In this document: positions 54,699 to 62,911 of the stretch, one piece after another
Layout of the letters: each line of letters opens with the position of its first letter
Position numbering within the stretch: position 1 is the first letter of the stretch
Assembly: GCA_030748735.1 (NCBI GenBank)
Contig: JASMLK010000115.1
Location: 354-64,353, forward strand
Length of the DNA stretch: 64,000 nt
Reading direction: 5' to 3'
Origin: Myxococcota bacterium
Lineage (GTDB): Bacteria; Myxococcota_A; UBA9160; UBA4427
Made by a program: the position numbers and the translations under genes
The notes under the pieces: model-generated
Seen by the model: the letters and a program-made list of their open reading frames with translations, nothing else
Databases searched by the model: none
Told to the model about the DNA's origin: nothing

Positions 54699-55252
54699 GC
54701 GGGAAGCCTCGGGTCAGCAAGCGCACCTCGCTGGAAGACCTGGCAGCCCTCGTCTGCACCACGCTCGAAGCGCACGGCATCTCGGTCGTCCTCTCCGGTG
54801 GCGCAGTCGTTTCGATCTACTCCGACGCCGAGTACGTCTCGTACGACCTCGACTTCATCCCGACTGGACTCGCCCGGAAGGTCGACACCGCGATGGAGTC
54901 GCTTGGCTTCGAGAAGACCCAGCGACATTGGACACACCCGAAGAGCCGCTACTGGGTCGAGTTCCCGCCCGGCCCCGTGGCGATCGGAGATGAGACGATT
55001 CGCGAATTCGCGGAGCGCGAGACGCGGATGGGAACGCTGCGGCTGCTGGCTCCGACCGAGTGCGTCATGGACCGGCTTGCCTGGTACTTCCACGATGCGG
55101 ACACGCAGTGCCTCCAACAGGCGATCCAGGTCGCGACGCAGCATCCCGTCGATCTGAAGCGGATCGCGAAGTGGGCGCGTGGTGAGCGGCCTCATGGTGA
55201 GGAGCGCTACCGGGAGTTCGAGCGGCGGCTAGCCCAGGACTCCAGCGCATAG
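54695..55252 (+). CDS. Nucleotidyltransferase-fold protein (AbiEii-like GG...DxD motif), possible toxin partner of the wHTH protein
   Basis: The TTG start overlaps the upstream stop (TTGA). HGISVVLSGGAVVSIYSDAEYVSYDLDFIP resembles the G-G/S...D-x-D minimal NTase motif. Family assignment is tentative. Confidence 0.45.
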   Translation: MSGKPRVSKRTSLEDLAALVCTTLEAHGISVVLSGGAVVSIYSDAEYVSYDLDFIPTGLARKVDTAMESLGFEKTQRHWTHPKSRYWVEFPPGPVAIGDETIREFAERETRMGTLRLLAPTECVMDRLAWYFHDADTQCLQQAIQVATQHPVDLKRIAKWARGERPHGEERYREFERRLAQDSSA

Positions 55253-55480
55253 CGTCCCGCCGTGTACATGCCTCCGAGTCACATGAAGTTGCGCGTATGC
55301 AGCGCCGAGAGCGCCTCGGCCTCCGCACGGATCGGAATTTCTGGCCCCGTTTTCTTCCGGAGGACCGATCACTTCACGCTATGTCAAGCAGGGACCTGAG
55401 GGATTCACGCCCCCGCGGCGGGCTTCGTTCAGAGGCCTGAGCGGCCAGGTCCGGCTCCATGACGTCGGGTTGCCTTTAGA

Positions 55481-55495
55481 TTGACATGATGTCAA
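55481..55495. promoter_or_regulatory. Palindrome TTGACAT-G-ATGTCAA (candidate TetR operator overlapping a -35-like TTGACA)
   Basis: 7-1-7 inverted repeat ending 10 nt upstream of the TetR ATG (55506). Confidence 0.4.
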
Positions 55496-55505
55496 TGTAA
55501 GTGCA

Positions 55506-56108
55506 ATGGGACGCAAGAGCCTCGCGCCGGTTCGCACCGAAGAGATCCTGGAAGCCCTGGACCGGTGCGTCCTCCGCGACGGGCTCGCGGCCACGACCCT
55601 GGCCTCCGTCGCCGCCGAGGCGGCGGTGCCGCGCACCCTGATCTCCCACTACTTCGGTGGCCGCGAGGGGCTGCTGCTAGCGTTCTTCGGCCGGATCCTG
55701 GCGCGGCGCCTGCCCGAGTTCGAGGCCTGGGTCGCGCGCAAGCGTGGGCGGAGCCGGCTGCGGGCCGGCCTCTGCTATCTCTTCGAGGGCCCCTTCCTCG
55801 ACGACCACCACGGTCTGGCGACCAGCGGCGAGATGCTCGGGCTGGCCGCTCGGAACCCGGACTGCGCCCGGGTGCTGCGCGAGATGTACGACGGCTTCGC
55901 CGCCGCCGTCGAGCGCGAGCTCGAGACCCACGCGCCCCAGGCGTCGCCCGCGCGTCGCAAGGAAGCCGCCTACGCGATCGTGTGTCTGGCCGAGCAGAAC
56001 CAGGCCCAGCGCTGGCTGGGCGCCTCGCCGACCCAGGGCCGCCGCGCCCTGCGCGCCGCCGAGACCCTCGTCGCGAGCCTCGGCACCCGGGATCCGGAGG
56101 AGCCGTGA
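55506..56108 (+). CDS. TetR/AcrR family transcriptional regulator
   Basis: HTH ILEALDRCVLRDGLAATTLASVAAEAAVPRTLISHYFGGREGL. The stop overlaps the next start (GTGA). Confidence 0.8.
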   Translation: MGRKSLAPVRTEEILEALDRCVLRDGLAATTLASVAAEAAVPRTLISHYFGGREGLLLAFFGRILARRLPEFEAWVARKRGRSRLRAGLCYLFEGPFLDDHHGLATSGEMLGLAARNPDCARVLREMYDGFAAAVERELETHAPQASPARRKEAAYAIVCLAEQNQAQRWLGASPTQGRRALRAAETLVASLGTRDPEEP

Positions 56109-56935
56109 GCAGCGCGCAACCCGACACCCGAGCCCCCTGCACGGAGCTGCTCCTCGTCGCCCTGGCGGCGGGCCTCGCCATGGCCATCCTGTTCCTCGTC
56201 GGCAGCGTTGGCTGGGAAGGTCGTGAGGACACCTGCCTCGTCGGCGGCCAGTGCTTCTGCGAGCGCGATCACGGAGGACTCGTCCGGCAACCCGCCAACA
56301 CCGCCTCGAACCTCGGCTTCGTGATCGCCGGTCTGCTCGTCGCCTGGAGCCTGGGGCGGGAGCGCATGCGCGGACGCCTCCCCCGACCGGGCAACCCGAT
56401 GACCGAGACCCGCTTCTACCCCGGCTTCTACGCCCTGGCGGTCGCGCTGCTCGGACCCGGGAGCATGGCGCTCCACGCCTCCCTCCTCTGGTGGGGCAGC
56501 GTGCTCGACCTCGTCTCCATGAACGTCTTCATCGGCTTCGTGTTCAGCTACGCCCTGGTCCGCTGGCGCGGCCTCGGCGTCGGCGCCTTCCTGGCCAGCT
56601 TCCTGCTCCTGAACGCCGTGCTCCTCGCCATCAAGCTGATCCACGGCCACGGCTCCGCCGCCTTCGGGGTGACGGCCGTCGTCTCCCTCGCCATCGAGCT
56701 TCGCATCCGGCGAGAGGGTCGGGTGACCGGCGACGGCCGCTACCTGGCCGCGGCCGCGATCACCTTCGTCGTGGCCTTCGTCGTCTGGCTCGGCAGCGAC
56801 AACGACGGCTGGCTGTGCGATCCGGACTCCTGGCTCCAGGGGCACGCGTTCTGGCACCTGGGCTGCGCCGGATCGACGGCCTTCCTCTACCTCTACATGC
56901 GTTCCCAGCACGACGCGGGAGGCGAGTCGGCATGA
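56105..56935 (+). CDS. Ceramidase-domain-like polytopic membrane protein
   Basis: GTG 56105 lies in the frame of ORF 55565..56935. CFCERDHGGLVRQPANTASNLGFVIAGLLV and the C-terminal GHAFWHLGCAG resemble the alkaline ceramidase family (E-P-x-N-T-x-S-N ... H-x-x-W-H). About 7 TM helices. Confidence 0.6.
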   Translation: MSSAQPDTRAPCTELLLVALAAGLAMAILFLVGSVGWEGREDTCLVGGQCFCERDHGGLVRQPANTASNLGFVIAGLLVAWSLGRERMRGRLPRPGNPMTETRFYPGFYALAVALLGPGSMALHASLLWWGSVLDLVSMNVFIGFVFSYALVRWRGLGVGAFLASFLLLNAVLLAIKLIHGHGSAAFGVTAVVSLAIELRIRREGRVTGDGRYLAAAAITFVVAFVVWLGSDNDGWLCDPDSWLQGHAFWHLGCAGSTAFLYLYMRSQHDAGGESA

Positions 56936-59517
56936 GCCACGGCGCATCGGGACCCCGTATCGGCCTCGCGTTCCGCTTCCACGCGAACTTCTACCACTCC
57001 TATCGCGGAGACACGCCGGACGAGCTCGGCTTCGGCATGGACATGCGCATCATCCGGCGGATCCTCGAGGTGCTCGACGCCTGGAACGACCGGGGCCTGC
57101 CGGTCCGCGCAACCTGGGACGTCGACAACCATTACTCCCTCGAGAAGATCATCCCCGAGCACTGCCCCGACATCCTCGAGGCCTGGCAGCGGCGCGTGGC
57201 CGACGGCCGGGACGAGTTCGAGCTCATGTCGTACAACAACGGCCTGGCCAACGCGGCCACCGCCGCGGAGTTCGACGCGAGCATCGAGCGGGCCCTGCGC
57301 AACCCCGAGGGCTCGGGGTTGGAGGACCTGTTCGCGTCCCACGCGCGGATCGTGCGGCCCCAGGAGATGATGTACACGCCGCGCCACCTGGATCTGTATC
57401 CCCGGCTCGGCATCGACACGATCAGCCTCTTCTACAGCGCGGTTCCCTTCAACGCCTTCAGCAACTTCGTTGCGCCCCTGCCCCTGGAGCAGCGCTACAA
57501 CCCGCTGATCCTGTGGCACCCCGACGCGGAGGGGACGATGTCCCTCCTCCCCGCCTACAACCACGGCGACATCGCCGACCAGCTCTCCTTGCGCCGCTGG
57601 CTCGAGCGCATGCGCCGCGCCCAGCTCGCCCTGTCCGAGCCACGGGACCTGCTGCTGCTCATCGACGCCGACGCCGACGACGAGTTCTGGTACGGCTACG
57701 GCGCCCCCGTCCTGCCCCGCCTGATCGCCATCGCCGGGGGCCTCGACGGCCTGCTCGCGAGCGTCGCGGACCTCGACTTCGTGGACTTCACGACCCCCGG
57801 CGCCTACCTCGCCGACCACCCGCCGGTGGACCGCATCCGGATCGACCACGATACCGCCGACGGCTCCTACGACGGGTTCGCGAGCTGGGCGGAGAAGTGG
57901 TCGAGTCATCAGCTCTGGACCGGGATCGAGCGGGCTCGCCTGCTCGAGATGCAGGCGCGACGGCTCCTGTCCGAGATGCCAACCGGACCCGATCGTGAGG
58001 CCCTCGAGCAGAAGCTCGCGCGGAGCTTCGAGTCGCGGCTGCTCTCGCTCTCCACCACGCACTTCGGGCTGACCTCGCCCGTCGTGAACAAGAGGCGGCT
58101 GCGCACGGCGACCGGGCTCGTCGCCCGCGCGGTGGTCGAGGCCGAGCAGGCGTTCCTCGGGGCCGCCGCCGGCATCACCGGCGCGGAGCGACCCGCTGGC
58201 GAATCGCGGATCCCGCTCCAACTCGTCGACTTCCCCCGCGGCGTCGACACGGATGCGGTTCGCTACGAGCCCCGCCCGTCGCGGGCGTGGGTCCGCATTC
58301 CCGTCGACACAGCGGTGGCGGAGGCGCGGGCGGTCGAGGTGGTGGACGCCGCGGGAATGCCCCACGCGGCCGTCCTGCGGCCCCGCGCCGAAGGGTCCGG
58401 AGAACTCTCCCTGGTCGCCGCCCTCGCGGCGTGCGAGCGGCGAGACCTGACGGTCTCCCTCGACGGATCGCCGGGCGCCACCGTGCCGCTGCCCGGTGAG
58501 CCGGTTCGCACCGATCCCACGAGCCTCGACAACGGGCTGCTGCGCCTGCGCTTCGACGCCGAAGGACGCTGGGTCGGGCTCGAAGGGCCGGGCGGCGAGC
58601 TCGGCGACGGCCGGTCTCCGTTGGTGGGATCGGCGGTCCGGTATCGGCGCCAGCTCTGCGAAGCCGGGCCGTGGAGCGTCGTGAAGAACGACGTCGTGGG
58701 TGGGGGACTCCTGGGCGCGGTCCGGGTCGAGACCGCGATTCCCCTGCCGAAGGGCGCGGGAGCGGTCCGGGTCCAGAGAGAGTTCACCCTGGTGTCGGGG
58801 CTCCCGCATCTGTACTGCGAGACCTGGGTCAGCTATCCCGAGACCGAGTCGAAGAAGTACGACCGCGCCCGGGCCCGCGCCCTCGAGCAGGCCTACGACG
58901 GCCACTGGCGCGAGGCCATGCCCTGCGAGTTGCGCCCCGCCCTGTTCGGTCGCCCCGACCGGCCCCTCCGCATCTGGAAGCACAATCACCTCGGCCACGT
59001 CGGCCACTACGACCTCGACCACGGGAACCACACCGGGCGCCACGAGGTCGACACCCTCAACAACCACGTCACCTGCGGCTGGGTCGCCGCGAGCGACCGC
59101 GAGCGGGGGCTCCTGGTCGCCCAGACCAGCTCCGCGACCGCGGGCATGGCCTTTTGCCCGATCCGTCTGCGCGAAACGGAATCCGGAACGCGCCTGTTCC
59201 TGAACCCCTTCGGCGCCTACCACGGCCGCCAGCTGCCCTACCCCACCCGCTACAGCGGCGTCGGCTTGCTGGCCGCCTGGCTCGGCGCGCCGACCCTCGA
59301 CCCCCAGGCCCCCTCCTTCAACGGGAATCAGCAGCACCTCTCGTTGATGCTCGCTCCCTATGCGGGTGACCGTCCGCCGCAGGCGCTGTGCGACGCGGCC
59401 ATGGCCTTCCACTACCCCTACGCCGTCGTCTCCGACGCCCCGAAGATCGCCACGCCGTCGACGCGCCGCTGGCACCACCCGGGGGTCGAGCACGACGAGC
59501 AGGAGACTGCCCGATGA
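56932..59517 (+). CDS. Large (861 aa) glycoside-hydrolase-like protein (GH38/GH57-type N-terminal barrel plus GH38-like C-terminal beta-domains)
   Basis: ATG 56932 overlaps the upstream stop (ATGA). N-terminus IGLAFRFHANFYHSYRGD... The C-terminal stretches NGLLRLRFDAEGRWVGLEG and GWVAASDRERGLLVAQ...RLFLNPFG resemble the layout of alpha-mannosidase C-terminal domains. Assignment is by pattern only. Confidence 0.55.
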   Translation: MSHGASGPRIGLAFRFHANFYHSYRGDTPDELGFGMDMRIIRRILEVLDAWNDRGLPVRATWDVDNHYSLEKIIPEHCPDILEAWQRRVADGRDEFELMSYNNGLANAATAAEFDASIERALRNPEGSGLEDLFASHARIVRPQEMMYTPRHLDLYPRLGIDTISLFYSAVPFNAFSNFVAPLPLEQRYNPLILWHPDAEGTMSLLPAYNHGDIADQLSLRRWLERMRRAQLALSEPRDLLLLIDADADDEFWYGYGAPVLPRLIAIAGGLDGLLASVADLDFVDFTTPGAYLADHPPVDRIRIDHDTADGSYDGFASWAEKWSSHQLWTGIERARLLEMQARRLLSEMPTGPDREALEQKLARSFESRLLSLSTTHFGLTSPVVNKRRLRTATGLVARAVVEAEQAFLGAAAGITGAERPAGESRIPLQLVDFPRGVDTDAVRYEPRPSRAWVRIPVDTAVAEARAVEVVDAAGMPHAAVLRPRAEGSGELSLVAALAACERRDLTVSLDGSPGATVPLPGEPVRTDPTSLDNGLLRLRFDAEGRWVGLEGPGGELGDGRSPLVGSAVRYRRQLCEAGPWSVVKNDVVGGGLLGAVRVETAIPLPKGAGAVRVQREFTLVSGLPHLYCETWVSYPETESKKYDRARARALEQAYDGHWREAMPCELRPALFGRPDRPLRIWKHNHLGHVGHYDLDHGNHTGRHEVDTLNNHVTCGWVAASDRERGLLVAQTSSATAGMAFCPIRLRETESGTRLFLNPFGAYHGRQLPYPTRYSGVGLLAAWLGAPTLDPQAPSFNGNQQHLSLMLAPYAGDRPPQALCDAAMAFHYPYAVVSDAPKIATPSTRRWHHPGVEHDEQETAR

Positions 59518-59684
59518 CGAAGACGCTGAAGGCCCTGGTGTTCCCCGAGCCCTGGCGCGTCGAGCTGACCACGACCGAGGTCCCGAAGCCCGGCCCCCAC
59601 CGAGCCCACCCCCACGGACGAGAAGCCATGTCCATCTCGTTCTACGACGCCAGCGTCGGCAGCTACGAGATCGCAACCACTTGA
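59514..59684 (+). pseudogene. Composite gene scar: N-terminal 28 codons of a Zn-dependent alcohol dehydrogenase (MDR) joined to a short N-terminal piece of another gene (DUF1993-like?)
   Basis: MTKTLKALVFPEPWRVELTTTEVPKPGP (MDR N-terminus), then HRAHPHGREA, then MSISFYDASVGSYEIATT-stop. It lies between the island operon and the ssrA 3' end. Confidence 0.45.
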
Positions 59685-59892
59685 ATAGACTGGCACGCCG
59701 GGGAGGGATTGGAACGCCCGTTCCCTTCGCTCATACGATCTACTCGCTCATCGCTCGCAGATCGAGTTCAGGTTCGAAGCCCGGTCCCACGCGCGGCGGC
59801 GCCTCTTCCGTCTCGTTCGCCCCACCGGAACTGCCTCAGAGGTGCCTCAAACGAAAAAGCAGCCACGCAAGTAACTGCTTTCGTTGAGAAAC

Positions 59893-60258
59893 TGGTGGAG
59901 GCGGCGGGAATCGAACCCGCGTCCGCATGGCGTCCAGAGAACGCGTCTACGTGTGTAGTCCTTGCTCGATTTCGGAAGCACCGGCCGCAAGGACGGAGCA
60001 AGTACTCCCTAGCTACACGTGGATCTCACTTCCGGTTACGGTCTAGCAGCGATCGGAAGCCAGTCTCCTGATGACTCTCGCGACCCGCTAGGAGACGTCA
60101 CGGACGAGAGCCCGCTTACCTAATTTCTGTTAGGCAGCGAGAGCGTAGTTTTCGTCGGCAGATAAAAAGCTACCAACTGTGATGCTTCTTTAACGACGAA
60201 CATCAAAGTCGACACGCAGCGCTCACCTTCGACCACCCGTCGAAGCCAAGTCGCCCCC
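59893..60258 (-). ncRNA. ssrA: tmRNA (transfer-messenger RNA)
   Basis: Reverse strand: 5' GGGGGCGACTTGGCTTCGACGGG ... 3' GGACGCGGGTTCGATTCCCGCCGCCTCCACCA. Acceptor stem has the G3.U pair. The tag reading frame GCC GAC GAA AAC TAC GCT CTC GCT GCC TAA gives ADENYALAA (60130..60159). Confidence 0.92.
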
Positions 60259-60296
60259 ATTCCCGAGAGGGTAGATGCGGGGCCGCGGATGACAAG

Positions 60297-60590
60297 CTAC
60301 GCGGGCGGGGTTTTCTCCGGGCGAAACACGTCCATCGAGCCGATCGTGTCGCGGTTTTGCTTGATGCGGCGGCATATCAGCCAGCGGCCGTCGACCTTCT
60401 GCCACGCGTCGCGGTAGAGGCCCAGGGTGCGAATGTCGCGCCCGGTCTCGAGCCCCAGCCCGACATCCGCCTCGATGTCGGGGGTCGTCAGCGCTTCGAT
60501 GGCCGACCAGTCGCGCTCGTCCATCGCGCGGGCGAAGCGCACGAGTTGCCGGTAGATCTCACGTTCGGCGAGAAGTTGATCGAGATCCAT
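60297..60590 (-). CDS. Short SnoaL_4/NTF2-like protein, apparently internally deleted
   Basis: MDLDQLLAEREIYRQLVRFARAMDERDWSAIEALTTPDIEAD... jumps directly to ...GLYRDAWQKVDGRWLICRR. It is about 50 residues shorter than family members as I recall them. Confidence 0.45.
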   Translation of the reverse strand: MDLDQLLAEREIYRQLVRFARAMDERDWSAIEALTTPDIEADVGLGLETGRDIRTLGLYRDAWQKVDGRWLICRRIKQNRDTIGSMDVFRPEKTPPA

Positions 60591-60801
60591 TTCTCGGGGT
60601 ACCTCCGAAGGACCGGCTCAGAAACGGTCCGGCCGCGATGGCCTCGATCGCGCCTTCCACCTGCGTGCGGTCGGACAGGTCCGCAACGAGGTCGGCATCG
60701 CGAATGTCGACCGTGATCACATCGTGACCGTCCGCTTCGAGTCGTTCCTTGACCGCCAGACCGATTCCACTCGCCGCACCCGTCACGGCACAGACACCCA
60801 T
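60559..60801 (-). pseudogene. N-terminal fragment of an SDR (3-alpha-hydroxysteroid dehydrogenase-like)
   Basis: ATG 60801 follows AGGAGG. MGVCAVTGAASGIGLAVKERLEADGHDVITVDIRDADLVADLSDRTQVEGAIEAIAAG, after which similarity is lost (about 58 of an expected 250 or so aa). The tail overlaps the next ORF. Confidence 0.5.
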
Positions 60802-60946
60802 CAGATTCCTCCTCTTCCCGTCTTCGTTCGAACCTGCAAGACGTTCGCGTTGTGAACGCACACGATAGGAAATCGCGAGCAGTCCGGGATCTACGCGGTG
60901 CCCTGATCGCCGTTGAAGGACAAGTCGAGACTTCACCGGTTTTACT

Positions 60947-61127
60947 CTCGTGGGGACCGTCGATCAGCTTCAACTCGCGACTCTCGAAGCGGCGGTCGAA
61001 GCCGTCGAGGATGTGCTTGAACCAGCGGAAGAGCGCTTCGCGTCCCTTGCACCGGTCGCGAGGCCAGCGCAGGCAGATCGATTTCGTACACCACGTCCTC
61101 GGTGAAGAACGGCTCGAGGCTCGACAT
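60947..61127 (-). pseudogene. Frameshifted, truncated SnoaL-like gene
   Basis: MSSLEPFFTEDVVYEIDLPALASRP (frame 1) continues in another frame as CKGREALFRWFKHILDGFDRRFESRELKLIDG. The shift lies near 61050-61055. Confidence 0.4.
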
Positions 61128-61142
61128 GTCGACGCGCGGCGC

Positions 61143-62078
61143 TCAGGAACGCAGCGCCCGTAACGCCTCCGCGCAGTCGACCTGATCCGCCCCCGGCTTG
61201 AAGCCCGCGTCTTCGAGCTTCGAAGTGTCGACGGCGTGGCCGAAGCGAAGAATGGGAAGATTGTGATCCGTGATATGCGGAACACCCACCCTCGACGCCA
61301 GGCCCTCGAAGATGTTGGCCGAAAGCGGAAGGCTCGGAATCGCCGTCACCTCGCAGTGGTCGAGAATTTTGCTTTCGCGCATCACACCGCGCGAAGCCAC
61401 GTTGTAGCAACCCGCGAGCTCGCGCTCGGCCGCAAACAGGGTCGCTTCGATGGCGTCGTCGACGTGCAGGAATTGCAGTGTCGGGTCGTGCCCGATGACG
61501 GTCGGAACGACGGTCTGGCCGAAGTGCCGGGCGAGCGCACCGTTCGCCCCCTCCCCTACGACTTCCTGCAAACGCAGGATGGCGACGTTGAGGTAGGGAG
61601 CATGTTCGGCGACATCGACCGCATAGTCTTCGGCTTCGAGTAGAGCCCCCAGACGCAGGTCGTCAGCAGGCACCCTCGGATGAGTCTCGCGATCGAGCAG
61701 GGGCCTCCCGCCGTCGATCGGGTACACGCCGGTTGACGAAAGCGCGACCCAGGAGCGGACGGGGCTTCCCTCGCGCGCTACTGCAGCGCCCAGGCGCATC
61801 GTGCCGATGACATCCGCGCCGGCCCCCGGGCGGACGTCCCCCATGCGGTCGGGGGCCAGGCTGCATTGGATCACGCTGTCGATCTCGTGCTCGCACATCG
61901 CGGCAAACTGCGCGCGAGGGTCGGCTTCATGGGCGAGCCACTTGATCCGCGGGTGCCAATCCGGACTGTGCTCGGGCTCGATCGCGACGACGCGCTCGAC
62001 GTCGTCGAGGTCCGCGGTCGCCTCGGCGAGCATGCGCCCCAGCGGCGTCGCCGCCCCTTCGATCCACACGTTCTTCAT
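61143..62078 (-). CDS. NAD-dependent epimerase/dehydratase family protein (atypical SDR)
   Basis: 311 aa with a Rossmann-like N-terminus (VWIEGAATPLGRMLAE) and an extended-SDR layout. ATGA-type overlap with the upstream acyltransferase gene. Confidence 0.7.
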   Translation of the reverse strand: MKNVWIEGAATPLGRMLAEATADLDDVERVVAIEPEHSPDWHPRIKWLAHEADPRAQFAAMCEHEIDSVIQCSLAPDRMGDVRPGAGADVIGTMRLGAAVAREGSPVRSWVALSSTGVYPIDGGRPLLDRETHPRVPADDLRLGALLEAEDYAVDVAEHAPYLNVAILRLQEVVGEGANGALARHFGQTVVPTVIGHDPTLQFLHVDDAIEATLFAAERELAGCYNVASRGVMRESKILDHCEVTAIPSLPLSANIFEGLASRVGVPHITDHNLPILRFGHAVDTSKLEDAGFKPGADQVDCAEALRALRS

Positions 62079-62911
62079 GACCGGCTGCGACCTCGGTCTC
62101 CCGATTCCTCGGGCAGCTTTTCGTTCGAGGAATCGAAGTAGATGCCGTCGCGTTCGTCCAGCATGCGGTCGAGCTCAGACTGCATCAACGAGCGAACTTC
62201 CTGGGCGCGGTCCATCAATATGCTAAGGGGAATGTGCTTCGGTACATGGGAATCGTCCCATTCGATCGGGGGCAGCACGCGCACGCGGATCTTCGCGGGA
62301 AACTGGGCCACGGCCCCGAGGATCGGACCGAACATCAGCGCGTTCACCGTAACCGGGAAATCGCCGTTCGGTGAAGGCAGGACCCCCAGCACGGGCGTCG
62401 TGTCTTCGGTGCCGACGAGCACGATCGGGACGATGGGAACCCCCGCGCGCATCGCGGTCTCGACGAACCCACCGCGCCCGAACCGCTGCAGCTTGTATCG
62501 CTCGGACGGCGGCTTGACGGGCCCCTTCGAACCTTCGGGGAACACCATCACGAGCTGCTCGTCCTCGCGCAGCAGACGCTCGGCGTTGTCGGGATGACCG
62601 ACCACCACGCCGACCCGCTCGACCAGGCGGCCGACGAAGGGCAGATCGAAGAAGCCCTTGAAACCGAGTCCGTAGACCGGGCGTCCGCGTTCTCGTTCGA
62701 CGCCCATCTGCACGATCTTGCCGTCCACCGGCAGCATGCCCGCGTGGTTGCCCACGAGCAGCGCTCCACCGCGCTTGGGGATGTGCTCGACGCCTTCCCA
62801 GGTGACGCGGAAGTACTTGTCGTACATGAAGTCGAAGATCGAGTCGCGCAGATCCTCTCCGGGCGTCACGCGCCCCCAGCGATCGACCTGTTGCGTCGTC
62901 GAATTGCTCAT
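62075..62911 (-). CDS. Lysophospholipid (1-acyl-sn-glycerol-3-phosphate) acyltransferase family protein
   Basis: LLVGNHAGMLPVDG (the H-x4-D acyltransferase motif) and VFPEGSKG (motif III). Confidence 0.8.
   Translation of the reverse strand: MSNSTTQQVDRWGRVTPGEDLRDSIFDFMYDKYFRVTWEGVEHIPKRGGALLVGNHAGMLPVDGKIVQMGVERERGRPVYGLGFKGFFDLPFVGRLVERVGVVVGHPDNAERLLREDEQLVMVFPEGSKGPVKPPSERYKLQRFGRGGFVETAMRAGVPIVPIVLVGTEDTTPVLGVLPSPNGDFPVTVNALMFGPILGAVAQFPAKIRVRVLPPIEWDDSHVPKHIPLSILMDRAQEVRSLMQSELDRMLDERDGIYFDSSNEKLPEESGDRGRSRS

Larger units (their letters stand above)
54203..59922. mobile_element. Putative ssrA-integrated genomic island (about 5.7 kb, no integrase, decayed at the ssrA junction)
   Basis: Flanked by 30-nt direct repeats, one of which is the 3' end of the intact tmRNA gene. 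The interior from 55.5 to 59.7 kb is visibly more GC-rich (long spurious ORFs in all six frames). Confidence 0.55.

Noticed and set aside
56893-59676. 927-aa minus-strand ORF, and many other long ORFs in all frames across 55.5-59.7 kb.
   Set aside because: These have Arg/Gly/Pro/Ala-rich, low-complexity composition and are antisense to a well-structured plus-strand operon with start/stop coupling. They are the typical stop-codon-poor artefact of very high GC.
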